Positions 12,710 through 25,699 are shown, counted from the stretch's first letter. The stretch: 64,000 bases of DNA from Zygnema circumcarinatum SAG 698-1b (GCA_037447605.1 CM074810.1:806001-870000), one strand, 5' to 3'. A program made the numbers and translations. The notes: generated from the letters alone by a model not told the origin.

Positions 12710-14612
12710 ATGGCGAAAGGAATTGTACGACTTGGGGTGACTTTGACATTGGCGGGGCTCCTAGTAGGTAGTCTTTATTTAGATTCAGTTGCTTCCTCCA
12801 CGGTCCAATCCTTCCCCACATCTCAGAACAAAAAGGGGAGCTTTAAGCCCTCTTCCGAGACAACATTGGAGGAGATAAAGAACTGGCGCCTTCTCGAAAG
12901 TAGAACAGCCCTTACCCAACAGAACAAGTGGAAGAGAAGGACGCGTCATGACACGGCGGCGAATAATAGTAAGCTTTGGGAATATAATCATCACCAAATA
13001 CAACTTTGAGCATCAGCAAACTTTGCATCAGGGTTTTCTCTTTAAACACTCTGCCGCACTGTTCAAATCAAGAGAACTCTTTGAAAGTCTGGAACCACAA
13101 TTTTTTGGCGGTGGACTCATGTCGCATGAGCCTTATGTGAGTTGACGTGGCAGGTGCTGAACTGGGGGATTCAGTCGGGAGTTTTGGGAATTCTTCGCAG
13201 GCGAACCTTAGACATTTTTCCAAATTTATTCAATCACGGTCCCCCTCCCCCTGTGCCTCCTGTTCCCACTCTCACTCCCGCTCCTCCTGCCGCTTCCCCT
13301 TCCAATCTCACCCCCTCTCCGTCTCCCGATCTCTCTTCTGCTCCCCCTCTAACTCCCACTTCTACTCCATGTGTAAGCATGTGGCCTGACCTGTGCAAGT
13401 TCGTGGACGAGCTGCCTATTCCCACCGTAATCGATTTAACAGCCGGAGGTCACCTCACCATGGGAGCTTGGAGGACAACTCACGTAAGTCCCCCATGACC
13501 ATTTGATAATCTCATGAACTCGGATGCTCTTCGATGTTTGCCGATATCCCTTGTTCTTATACCAATAATGCTGAAATTATGTACTGTTATCCGGGTCTCG
13601 TTTTATTACAAAGTGCAGAAGTTTCACCGAGATTTGAATGAGAGCACAGTCTACGCTTTTGGGCCCACATTGGAGGAGGCTACTGTGCCCGGACCAACGA
13701 TAGCCGTCGAACGAGATACCCCAATCAATGTATTATGGACGAATAATATTACGGATCTTAAGCCCTTTTTCATGATCGATTATACTCTCGTGGTGGCTAT
13801 GCCTCCGCACCATGGGGTTCCTATAGGTAAAAAAGCACACTCCCAAAGGCTATTTGAACAGTTTAAGGTACAATTTCAGATCAAAAGACATATTTGAACC
13901 TTAGTTTGTGAATGAAGATCAATTGCGATTACTTGCCTTGTGACGCTTGAGGTTCTATGGTTTTGCAGTACCACATCTCCATGGAGGCTACATTGCTCCA
14001 GAATATGACGGCAATCCTGATGCGTGGTTCACCGCATTTGGAGATACTGGACCTGGGTATGCCACAAACAATTTCACATACTTGAATGCTCAGCAGCCCA
14101 CAACAATATGGTACCACGACCATACACTCGGAATGACTCGCTTAAACGTATATGCAGGTAACTTGAACATACTCGAATGTCCCTCCTTTCATTGCTTCAT
14201 TTTCCTATTTAATATCTACTCTCACCCACTCGACATTCAGGTGTTCTTTGCGACAATAGGATTAATCATTGACTGTTACCTTATACTTGTTCCGTCCATG
14301 CTTATCGGTGCAGGCCTATTTGGGCTGTATATAATAAGAGACAATGCAACAGAAGGAACGCTGAACTTGCCAGACGGCGAGTACGAGGTACCACTCGTAA
14401 TTGAAGACAGAAGGGTCGAAATGAACGGCAGCACTGCCTTTCTAACTGGAATTGATCCCAATATTCATCCCTACTGGTTTCCCGGAACTACCGGCAACAT
14501 CACCACTGTAAACGGTAAAGTAAGCAACGAGAATTGGGTCCATGAGAATTCACCTATTTCATGGCAAAGTATGGCATAAGGTCACACAGTCTGAAGGAGT
14601 ACTAAGGGACTC

Positions 14613-14659
<47 letters not shown>

Positions 14660-14669
14660 NNNNNNNNNN

Positions 14670-14717
<48 letters not shown>

Positions 14718-16366
14718 TCATGTGAGCTGCAGGCATGGCCGTATCTCAACGTCTATCGACGAAAATACCGCTTTCGAATGCTCTCCGCTGCCAACGCCCG
14801 CTTCTTCAACATCACATTTCTTGCCACTCCGAGCGGATCGAGCTATGGCAATGGCCCTTACACGACCAATGGCACTTTCCCCACCGATGCCATTGTTCTC
14901 CCCTTCACTATCATCGCAACCGACGGAGGCTACCTCAGCTCCCCTGTGCCGCTTTCAAGCCTCCTTATGGCGCCTGCAGAACGTTTCCAAATCATTGTCG
15001 ATTTTTCATACTTGAACATTGATGGAACCGGAGCTTATGACGTCTTTATAGTCAATGATGCTGTAACGCCTTACCCTAACAATCCCTTGAATCCATCACT
15101 TCCAGTGGACTCAAACAGCGTTGTGCTGATGAAATTTTTGGTGCAATCCGGTGAAGTATATCCTGGAGGAGACCTCCCCAGCGTCTTGAACACAGAGCTG
15201 CCTGCAGTGGACCCCTCCTCTGCCATCCGCGAGCGATTCTTCCCCTTGACGGAGTATTACGACCATGGCAACATCTCCCTGCCGGTGCTGTTCCTTGAAG
15301 GGGTCCGCCACTGGGAGGACCCTGTCACCGAAAAGCCTTCAGTTGTAAGTCAGGGCGGGGGGGCGCTATTGAAGGTAGCTGTAGCAACTGTAGGGTTTTT
15401 CAGGTTCCTCTGGTTAGGGTTAGGGTTCGGGTTAGGGGTAGGCTGAAGGGTAGGGTTGGGGGGGGTTTGAGAGTTTAGCGTCTGTAGGGTTTTTCAGGTT
15501 CCTATGGCTAGAATTAGGGGGTAGGGTGAGGGGTTTTAGGGTTTTAGCATTTGTAGAAGTTTCAGATTTTTGGGCTTCTAGGGTTTTGAGTGTTTTTAGT
15601 GTTGGAACCATTCGCACTCACATAACAATCCAAACAAATGTTGAACAAAGATCAAGTCAAGCTAGCAAGTGTCCCTAAGCGACCAAAAACCATGAACCCA
15701 ACGGCGGTGGTCGCGCCACGTGCAGAACACGACAGAGATCTGGACGTTCGTTAACACCGCCCCCGGCGCGCACCCGATCCACGTGCACCTCGTGCAGCAC
15801 CGCCTTCTATGGCGGAGAGCGTTCGACGCAGTTTCGTTCGCCGTCGGCAACTGTAGTTTAACGGGCGCATGGAGCAGCCCCAACCCGCTCCTGGCGCCCT
15901 GCTGGACGGGGGCCGCCGTTGGGCCTTCGCCCTATGAGGACGGGTGGAAGGACACGAGCGTGAACATGCCGGGGATGGCGACCTCGTATTTAATCAAGTG
16001 GACAATGCAGGTAAGGAAAGAAAGGGTGAAAAAAGTGAAATAAAATATGGGGGGAAGGAGGGATTTGGTACATTCTAAGCTTTGTGTCTGCAGCGGAATT
16101 GCGAATGTTTCCGCAACATGTTCCAATTGTATGAAGCTGGAGGAGCAGCTTCTAACAGAGCGGGCTGCATCTCCCTCTCCCAATTTTTCTCCCTCTCCCT
16201 TTCCCTCTCCTTCTCCCTCTCCATGCAGGACTCGTCCCTGTTCCCGTTCGACGCAACGGGCCTGCCCGGCTACGCGTGGCACTGCCACATTCTGGACCAC
16301 GAGGACAACGAGATGCTCCGCCCGCTCAAGCTCACTCCCCAGCCGCAGCTCCCTCTGCTCCCTTAG
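12710..16366 (+). CDS. LPR1: Three-domain multicopper oxidase, LPR1/LPR2 (CotA/bilirubin-oxidase-like) family, with signal peptide and Pro-rich N-terminal extension
   Basis: Exons give [49 protein letters not shown]|[38 protein letters not shown] and [16 protein letters not shown]. All four Cu-binding motifs and the T1 axial Met are present. Splicing between 12968 and ~13160 is unresolved. The symbol denotes family membership, not proven orthology. Confidence 0.9.
14607..14712 (+). repeat. (CT)n microsatellite with a 10-N gap (14660-14669) in an oxidase intron
   Basis: Directly visible. Confidence 0.95.
15385..15600 (+). repeat. Degenerate TTAGGG-like G/T-rich tract in an oxidase intron
   Basis: ggttagggttagggttcgggttaggggtagg plus many ttttagg units; gggtttttcaggttcct occurs twice. 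Confidence 0.55.
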
Positions 16367-16930
16367 CTCAGCAACGGATCCGAGACCTTAGTTTAAGGGG
16401 AGCTGACCAGTGAGCTGGGAAATGATGTTTTTGGGCGTTACGAGCAACATAGACCGTTTAGAATTGGAGAATTGACACATGCGATTAGGAGCGTCATGTC
16501 AACTGCATACAGGATCGGACACGAGGCGGAGGTTTCATTATGAGGGAGGGGTTTAATATGCTTCTGTTCAGTCACGATGCCTTAGGCTATATGTGATTGC
16601 CTCACATGAAGCTTCTTTTTTAAAGAAGCGGAAAGAGCAAAACCAGCAATTGACACATTTTGGACAATTGTCAATACAAAGTCTGTGTGTCGTCACACTT
16701 ATTGCCAGCATAGCTGCCTTGTGCAGGAAAGGCCTAAACAAACACCTAATCGAATTTAAACCTAAGATCGACGCGCTGACAATAAAAATAACAGTAACAA
16801 TAATAAATGCTTAACACCACGCTATAGAGCTCCACTAACAAAACTTTGCAAACCACTCCAAACTAAAACTACAAACTTATTATACAAGGCCAAATTAAGC
16901 ACACAAATCCACACCAAACTTGCAGTCCAC

Positions 16931-19618
16931 TCAATAAATCTCCTTGTCCTTTACATTGACACAGCGGACCCAGAAAGCAGAGCCGCCACCCCGCCCTCGG
17001 GCTGCAATGATCTCTTCGTCCGCATAGAACCAGATGAAGAAAGGGTCCTTTGAACCCTCTTTACCGACACCAATCTCGCGGCCCTCATCCGACTTCTTTC
17101 CAATATTGATCTGAATCAGATAAGCACGTCAAAATTAAGCACAATTTTGAGTCACTTGCATTTACAGCATCTTACTGAATGGGACCGAGATGTAATTTGT
17201 TTGAAGGCATTTCACTCGAACAAAGTAAAGACTAATATGTGAAAGGATAAGGGAAAGCTCGACAATTGGGACGTAGGATTCACCTCAAAGGGGCCGAGGG
17301 GCCCAAGTTTGATGATGAGTTTGTTAAAGGTGAATGGAAGCCGGCGGCCAATCCAGTTCATGGGTCCCTTGAATGTCAGTTGACCCACAGGCCCCAAAAA
17401 GACCCCATTCTCGATTTCCATGGCCTGTGAATGGTGAAAGAACATAGTGGATATTAGCAAAAGCTTTTCATAACCGTGGAAAGTAGGAAAACTGAGTCAT
17501 CAAGGATATCAACTATTGTAGTGCACACAGAAACGGGCAACAGGAACCTTATGTTGCACAAATGCCTGTGAGTAGGGGCAGCTTACCTGAGCATCAAATC
17601 GCTGCACCGCCGTAATAGGAAAGTAAGAGCCACCACCTTCACCGCCCTTTGCTGCATCTCGGATCTGCTCTTCACACAGATTGATCACCTTAAGTTTAGT
17701 CTTAACCGCCTCTTCTCTGCAAGCCAACTTCACTGGCGTGATACCGCATGCTAACTTAGAATGTTTGCTATGCATCTCTTTCCTTCACATTTCTCGAGAT
17801 TTTCAACACACTATACTGAAACCAACGAGAATATACAACTTTATCCCCAAGGCGAAGAGGTCAACAAAGAAGATTATATACTATATACATATAATCATAT
17901 GTATATGGAAACTTTCTAACTCCCAAAACCTCGCTTACAGTTAAGAACATCCTAGAAACAATCAAACCGGCCCAGACTTATCAAGGTCGTTTGCTTATAC
18001 ACTAGTCCATAGAAAATCGTGCGATAAGTTGAAGATGACAGCTTCACCTGTTGTTTATTTTCTGGAAAGCCTTCATGCTAAAAATTCCCAAGACTTTCCA
18101 ATGGTTACCGTGAACTGGAAGATTCAATCATCGTGTAATACAGTAAAAATATAGTTTTAAAAGCAGTCCCACAACTAGTAGTCTGATGTTCCTTTTGCAG
18201 TGAAGGAATAGGTCGTGACCGACGGCTAAAGGTATGAAGCTATCCATATATCTCTTGGCTCATTTTCATGAAGACAAGCCAGCATGCACAATGAGAATGG
18301 AAAGAGTTTATTGTCGTCTGGCTGCTTGCAGAAAGTAAGCAAGATGTGAGTCAAGAAGTTGGAAAAAAATGGCTTTCCCTCTTTAAATACACTTTTGCGG
18401 AATTAATGAGAATTCTGGTTACCGGAATAGCTGAGAATACTGCATTGTTAACTCAAGCTACTTACATGTTTGGAATTAGCCGTGAAGATAAGCATCCACG
18501 TCCTTCCAGGCGAGCTTGTGCCTCCAATTGTTTCAAAAAAGGTGGAAGGATCAAGTTTTGCTTTTTCTAATGCCAGAAGGGCTCGAAACACCTCTTGAGA
18601 GTCCACCTTTCTCGTATGTGCGGCTCTCTTTAGGACGGCCACATGCTGCTCTATCGATGACTTTCCTAAACCATCTCCATCGTCTTTCTCAGATTCAACT
18701 GTTGCCACGGAAAACAATAAATAGCGAGTGGAGGTTCAGCAAAAAAAAATTAATGGGTTCTATGTTCATCTACTGTAAGCTGAGATCTCTGCTCAGTGAA
18801 ATGTTTCTTCACTTGCAACATGACGTCCTCTCCAAAAAAGAAAGCGTACCTTTCTCCTCCACCGATAGAGCTGCCCGTGGAGCCAAAGATCGTCTTGCAA
18901 ATGACGAGTGCCACGCTCGCTGCGATATGGATCGAACGCTTCGAAGAGCGGCTGCAAGATGGCAAAGACGCAGATTCAAGACGAGCATTGTAAGATCCTG
19001 ACAATAGTTAAGCAGAAGGTCCCTTTTCTAAAGTTTGCTGCATGTTTAAGCTAATGCAGCTTGCAAGGCACTAAAAGCGCATGAGAAATGCCTTCAACAT
19101 CGCTTTCATCAACTGCTCCGATAAAGTTAAGGTGATGCAACCCAAAACGACCACCGACTGAGAGACTGATGTAAACTGTAAGCATGCTGCAGGTATGCAC
19201 GAACCGACTAATGAACAGGAAAGGACATGCAACACATTTCATCGTCTCTTCTGTTCTCTTCTCCAACCTTGATCCATAACTCTTGTAATCCATGCGTGTC
19301 TCCAAAGCCAAGCCGAGCGCTCTCTTTACCAACTCATCCGCCCATCCACTTCACACTGCATCCCACCAAAAAGCAAGCCACAAATCCTCCTTACCCTGAA
19401 CAAACCAAAACACATGTCAACCACCAAGCCAGGTGAAAATGATCCAAAAACTTACCATATTCCCCGGCTTCCAGCTGCAAGCTCCGCAACGCCTTCTTCG
19501 CCCCTCTCAGCGCCACAGTCCTCAAACCAGCTCCTCCTCCTTGCAAGCCCTCACACTGCCGCCATTCCTCCCTCGCGTTCACCGCTGCAGGAGCAGCGCA
19601 GCTTCTGCAGAGCGCCAT
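16931..19618 (-). CDS. Plastid-targeted PAP/fibrillin-like protein (resembles Arabidopsis At1g18060-type proteins)
   Basis: Exons read MALCRSCAAP... (transit-peptide-like), AALRSVRS...LSVEEK, VESEKDD...VLKRAAHTRKVDSQEVFRALLALEKAKLDPSTFFETIGGTSSPGRTWMLIFTA, GSYFPITAVQRFDAQ, EIENGVFLGPVGQLTFKG and KDPFFIWFYADEEIIAARGRGGGSAFWVRC...EIY*. Splice phases are consistent. Confidence 0.8.
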
Positions 19619-19769
19619 GGCTTCAACAGCAGCCTGGCCTGGCCTGGTGTTGCTTTGGCCCAGCAGCACACCAATACCAACTCTCCTCTCCTCCTCTCTC
19701 CCCCTCTCCTCTTCCTCTCTCCTCCTCTCTCCCTCTCCCTCCCCCTCCCCAGAGGCCGCCGCGGCCCGG

Positions 19770-20170
19770 CCACACGTGGCCCACCTCGCGAGGCGCCACG
19801 TGTTCGCTTCTCGCCCACTCTGCCGAGGACGTACAGGCCGTACGCATGTTGCATGATTCTATGTCCGTGTCACAGTCACGCTTAGCGTGAAACATTAACT
19901 AACACTATCACGTTTACTATGGGGCCCCGAGATGTCACGTCGTGTAAAATATCAACTAGCGTTCCTATATGGAATCACGCTACGGGTCCCCTTGAAACTA
20001 CGTCATATAGCGGGGTTTTGCCCGTCCGCCTCCGCACCTCGCGGCCCCCATAATTCCAAAAGGGGACGTGTCAACGTCGACCGCTAAATAAAAATTCAGT
20101 ACATTACAATTTTAAAAAATACAGTCAAATTAGTACTAATTCTATAAACGTCTGACAGAGACCAATGACG
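19770..20170. promoter_or_regulatory. Putative bidirectional promoter rich in ACGT-core (G-box/ABRE-type) elements
   Basis: Lies between the divergent starts at 19618 (-) and 20318 (+). Nine ACGT cores at 19774, 19798, 19829, 19910, 19937, 20000, 20066, 20074 and 20148, including two CACGTG and one GACGTGTC; TATA-like ctataaa near 20142. Confidence 0.5.
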
Positions 20171-20317
20171 GGTTGCCAGGTCAGCCGGCTCTAGCTCCGA
20201 TGGCATCCCTTGCAGGAGGGCGCCACATCCTGCTCAGCTCCTGCCAGGATTAGGGTTTGCTTGGAGCTGCTCTCCTTGCAGCAGGCTGTGCCGCAGACAC
20301 TTGCAAGAGAAGGAGCC

Positions 20318-23300
20318 ATGGATTCCAGTAGCTATTCCAGCATGGGCCTCGCCGGAGGGCTGGGGGACCTCTCCCTTCTTATGGATTCCAACATCCGCCA
20401 TTTTCAGTTCTCGGTTCTGTCGTCGTCTGGGGGAGACGCACTTCCGGCCTCTTCTCCGTTGGCAGCTGAGGAGGAGGAGTGTGAAGTGCAGGTGGAGGAA
20501 GTTATGGCTGCCGCTCCATGCAGTCCTGCTGCACCCGTTTTTCCGTTTGCTGGAACTGCATCATTATCGTTCGCTCTCTCATCCGCCGTTGCGGCGAATC
20601 CTCTTCTCTCAAACCCCATGCTTGCTTTCGGAAAGTCCAAAGGATTTTCTGGCTCTCAGGCCGCAACACAGACAACGGCTGCAGTAAAGACTGCGAAGAA
20701 GTCCTCCGGATTCTCGCAAGTTCAATGCAATGCCCCAATCCCTGTCATGGCTGCCTCAAAAGTTGTGGAACAGCAGCAAGATGTTGCGACCGTGGATAAG
20801 TTCAAGAAAGCGTTTAAGTCAACATCTGATATTGCAGCTTTTCCAGACCTTTCACGCTTGCCAGGCAGCAATGGCGGCTTCAGGTATTTTGATTCATCCT
20901 CTTTTTCTTTTTATTACTTGCTGTATCCGTTTGTTCCTTAAAGAGAATACGTTTCGGGTTTAATTTCTTAAAGGAAAATTTAATCTTGGCCTCGCATTCA
21001 GAAATTTCTCACCCGCCTTTCATCGTGCATGCTCTCGATGTAAAGTTAGCTGCCTCTGGAAGAATTTTCTTGAATTGTTCTCATAGCGCTTCTTACTGTT
21101 ATTTACCGTCGGAAGGTCGTGGTGAGTCTGCAGTGGATTGTGAACATGGGAGCTTTCTGGATTTGGAGTCTGGATTTATAGAGACGGGTTCGTTGTGAGA
21201 GTGCTGCTTTCTTAGGAATGGAGTTTTTTTCTTCCTTGGTAAATGAGCTTCTTTCATCCCTTGGGGAATGATTAAGCAAGTGATCTTTTCTCCATCAAGC
21301 GTTTCAGAGAGTTCTGCTGGAAGGAGTGGAGTGGATGTTTGGTAAAGTTCTTGAGACTGCTATCTCCAAACTGCAGCTATCAGTCGCAATTAGATGATGT
21401 CCCCTTTTTGTCTTGACTGAAGAGCGATGTTGATGTTTTGAAGGCCAACGAAATTGCATTTATTTTGCGCTTTCGACTTCATACTTTGTGGAGCGAATGG
21501 CTGCTTGAACTTGTCCAAGGGATGCAAAGTACGAGAATGGAAAAGAAGAACATTTGGTCGAATTCTGTTGGGTTTCTGGTTTAGACTTTCATGGATGGAC
21601 ATTGTGGGGTACTCATGCCTTGTTATCGTTGGTTCTCCATTAATTTTTGAAGTCTGATTGTTGGTTCAATTTATTAGATTCTTGTGCGACTTTGAAACTT
21701 TGAGATACCAGTAGTTTGGGCTAATGTGGAGAGCCCGCACTACCGTGAGGATTAAATTAGTAGCATGCTGAATTTAAAAGTTGGTCGCATGAAGTTGCAG
21801 TGACCGATAGTCCATTCTGCGAATGTTCTAAGCATGTGACGGCTTTTTGAAAGGTTTTTTGACATTGGGCATTTGAAGATTTGATCTATGGTTTAGACGA
21901 GGATTCTTTGTCCGCTACAGTTGTCTCGGAACTTAAGTATGCCGTGGACAATCAAAGAGTCTTAAAGTTTTTTGGCGGTTCAGTCTCTGCAAATTATGGT
22001 TGGTAGGGTATGTTGGCGGATCATAATCAGGCAGGATTATCTGTAGTAGATTATTTGTATCTGGAGCCCAGATGCGGCTGGTTGGCTTAGCTTGCCTATG
22101 GATATTACCTTATGCATGTGTAGAGCAATTTGAGTATACAAACCTTTTGTGCCATTCTAGAAGTCTGGTGAAAGGCTCACGCATGTTGTTATCCAAAGGA
22201 TATGGCCAGCTGCCTGTACAAACTGCAACTAATAAATGAGTTGAAGATTGGTGTTCTGCATTGTATATACCTAGTTCTCTTATCTGTGTTTCCTCGTGCT
22301 TGACATTACATGATGCACACAGTTGTATCGTTGTGTTTTCCTTCGTCGAGGAAAAGACTTACAGACTACTTCAAATTGCAGCCTCAGGTTTTCTCCTTTG
22401 CTGGCATATAGTCACTCACGTATACTTGTCCTGCTTGTCCGGTTGGTTGTTTGCCATGCAGTCCATCAAACTTTGCATCCGGCATGAAGAAGGCCGTAAT
22501 TATGTGGTTCCGAAACGACCTCCGTGTTCACGATCAAGAGGCCTTGGCTTTTGCCAACAACAGCGCGCTCTCCGTGCTGCCAGTCTACTGCTTTGATCCG
22601 AGAGACTATGGTATGTCCATTTTCTGGCCATTTCCTATTCCACTTAACTTTAGGCGTAATCATGTATGTGTCCTTTCGTTTTTATTCACAACATTTGTAG
22701 AATAGATTCAGATGGTAGCCATGTTAATCTGGAAGTGCCACACAAACCTTTTTTTTAATGCTGGCTTGTGACCACTACGAAAATCACTAAGGAAATCAAT
22801 TGTTCTGTTGTTTTTTCTTGTGCATTAATCATCCATTTTAGAATCTCATGTGTTTGGGAAACTCACATTCTATGTCTTGCGTGGGGCAGGCAAGTCCTCT
22901 TCTGGTTTTGACAAGACAGGACCTTATCGTGCCAAATTTTTGCTCGAGTGCGTGTCTGATCTGCGAGATAGTCTTCGTGCTCGAGGCAGTGACCTTGTAA
23001 TCAGAATTGGTCGACCGGAGGAGGTCCTTGTGCAGCTTGCTAAATCCGTCGGTGCAGAAGCCCTGTATGCCCATCAGGAGGTGACCTATGAGGAAGTGCA
23101 GGCAGAGAACAAGGTGTTAGCAGCGTTTAAGGCAAGTTGCTCCTTTCTACAGCCCGCTGTCTACTTTCCTCACATCTGGAAGATTGTTAGAGGCCATGTA
23201 AAAAAAACGAAAAAGTTTATGTAGATAAACTGCTGTCTGCCTGCCGACAGGTGATCTGTCTGACATGGTTGAGTTATTCAGACAAGAAGAAAGGAAGAGG

Positions 23301-25699
23301 AAGGCTTTGATTAGTTTTGGCCTATAACCAGGTTCAAGGGAGACGAGGTGGCGGCAAGGTGCTTTTGTGTTGCCTTGGCAACGTAGTGTTTTCTCTCATA
23401 TGTCCATGAAATGGTTTGAATTACTATTATAGTGGCAGTACTAAGGGGGGGCTTTTATTTCGGCTCTTGTTTTTGCGTTCCTAGCCTGAGAGGGATTGTG
23501 GGAAACGTACCTTGTTTATTGACCTATTTTCTGAACCACGGCACGCTTTTCGACCCTGTTGAAGCAGAAAGAAGGAATTGAGACTAAGGTCTTCTGGGGC
23601 AGTACCTTGTACCATATTGATGACCTTCCGTTTAAATCACTGGAAGAGATGCCTTCAAATTATGGAGGCTTCAAGGAAATGACTAAGGGTGTCAAGGTGC
23701 GGAACTTTCTGACTTATGATTGCATGTGTTCCTGGCAAGTTTTGGTGGCGGGAGCCGAGATAAAGCTATTGAGCTCATGAGCCGATGCTTGCTTTTTGCA
23801 TCATCCACGAGGATGGAGAGGAGAGAGAGTGGAAAGGAGATAGGAGGGGCATGGAACGGAGCGAAGGAGGGAAGAGGAGAGGAGGAAAGCAAATGAGTCA
23901 AAGGTGTAAACTTTGGGTTGTGGAGGTAACTTTGGGTTGTGGAGGTGACAGGTGCGGTCAACGGCAGAAGTGTCTGAGAAGCTCAAGTCACTCCCTACCC
24001 AAGGAGGAGTGAAAGCTGGCAACCTTCCTTCTCTGCTCGACCTGGGAATCAGCCAATCGGCCAACACAAACCTGGTTACAATCTGAACCTCTTTTGCTTA
24101 GTCGTATCGGCAGGCATCGCACAAAGCAAAGTTTTTGGAACTGATTTTTAAGCAGCCTACAGCAGTAACGGTAGCAGGGTTATAAAATGTCTGCACAATT
24201 CAAGCAAATAGACCGGTCTGCTGGAGCACTCAATCTGTGAATGTCCTATTTTTTTGTTTTTTCGCTTTTTACCCTTTTAGCAACTTCGGCACTGAGGTCT
24301 GCAGCTTTCTGTCCTCTTTGAGACATTACAGAAAGACGGTGATTTTAATTGGTTTAGTGCATCTTATGGAACCTTATGCATCGCTGTATGTATGCTCAGA
24401 AGAAATGTTCAAGTCACGTATAGATGAATTGTTTTCTATGTCTCTGGTCCATTTCTTCTAAACGATACGTGCAGGCTCCATTGGGTCCAAACTTTATTTT
24501 TCCCAGAAGGGGGCTGGCTAGAAGCAAAAATCCACCCCCATTGTCTTGCAGTTGATACTTTTGGCATTTGGTTTTAAGTTATACTGCAAATCATGTCTGG
24601 GTAGTAGTGTAGTCTCGGTAAACTCTTGACATTTCACTCCTGACACTACACCATCTAGTGCTTATGGCTCTGGGAATTCAGCGAAACTACTCTGACTGTC
24701 TGCAACCTGCATGCCTCCCCTGCCACATGTTCTTATCTTGTTCCATCAGATTGTGATATGCTTATTAGAAGAGGTTGCTTCTGACGCTGAGCCTTGTTGA
24801 TGTCTCCTTGAGTATGCAGGGCAAGGCCATTGGAGGTGCCGCTCTTGTAGGTGGCGAATCGGAGGCTTTGAAGAGATTGAAACGGTTTGTTGCCGAGGCT
24901 GCTGCTCAATCGCAGAGGGAGACGGGCAAGAAGGAGGATGGTCTTATGGGTGCAAGCTTCTCCTGCAAAATCTCGCCATGGCTTGCCTCGGGCTGCCTCT
25001 CTCCGCGACGAATGTTTCAAGATCTTCAGAGCAGCTCTCGAGGGTAAGTGTGAAAGGTTTAAGGCAAAGACGACTACATCGCTGGTTGTCTTTTAGATTG
25101 GAACTTAGATTGGATATGATCTTGTTTATTTTCTTGTTTACCGGTTTGTTCCTTCATGGGTCAACATTCAATAGTTTACATCTGTGAAAGATATACTGTC
25201 TTTTGCCTGTCTTTTTGTACTACCAGCTTTTTTCACCGCTTAAACTCATAAAACATCTCATCGTTGTTTTTCTTTGTGTTCAGGCCATCAGCAAGTGTAG
25301 ACGGAGCCTTGGATGAGAAGTCTGGTATTAACTGGTTGGTCTTTGAGTTAGTGTGGCGTGACTTCTTCAGGTAATGATTTTATTGTACATTATGGACACG
25401 TTTCAAATTATCCGAGCTTACCTTGCAACTGACATGCTCACGAAACAAATCTAACAAAGCTGGCTAGTTCTATGTACCAACACTGTCTATGTTGCAACTG
25501 CAACTGAGGCCTTTTAAGGCTAGAATTCAAGCATGACGATTCTATCCATTTTTTCAGGCATCTTAATCTTGTTCTTCTTATCGATAGTGCTAATTTTGTT
25601 CACATTGATCTGTATTGCAGATTCATCACGAAGAGGTACGGTTCTTCAACACGCAAGGGGGGTGCACCAGCTCCTGCTGTTGCGGGTGCAGCTGTCTGA
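20318..25699 (+). CDS. PHR2: Photolyase/blue-light receptor 2 (PHR2, CRY-DASH-related, short C-terminus)
   Basis: MDSS start, SAVAANPLL, KKAVIMWFRNDLRVHDQEAL, SVLPVYCFDPRDYGKSSSGFDKTGPYRAKFL, FWGSTLYHIDDLPF, GGESEALKRLK, GASFSCKISPWLA and GINWLVFELVWRDFFRFITKRY. This follows the plant PHR2 layout end to end. GC-AG intron donor AAG|GCAAGT near 23131. Confidence 0.93.

Noticed and set aside
14660-14669. 10-N runs (also 30197-30206, 48130-48139, 54352-54361) as biological signal
   Set aside because: Uniform-length assembly placeholders inside simple repeats.
18750-19004. Listed ORF MSGSYNARL... as the coding frame of the fibrillin-like exon
   Set aside because: Its splice phase creates a stop with the next exon; an alternative frame (AALRSVRS...EEK) from an internal acceptor fits both neighbours.
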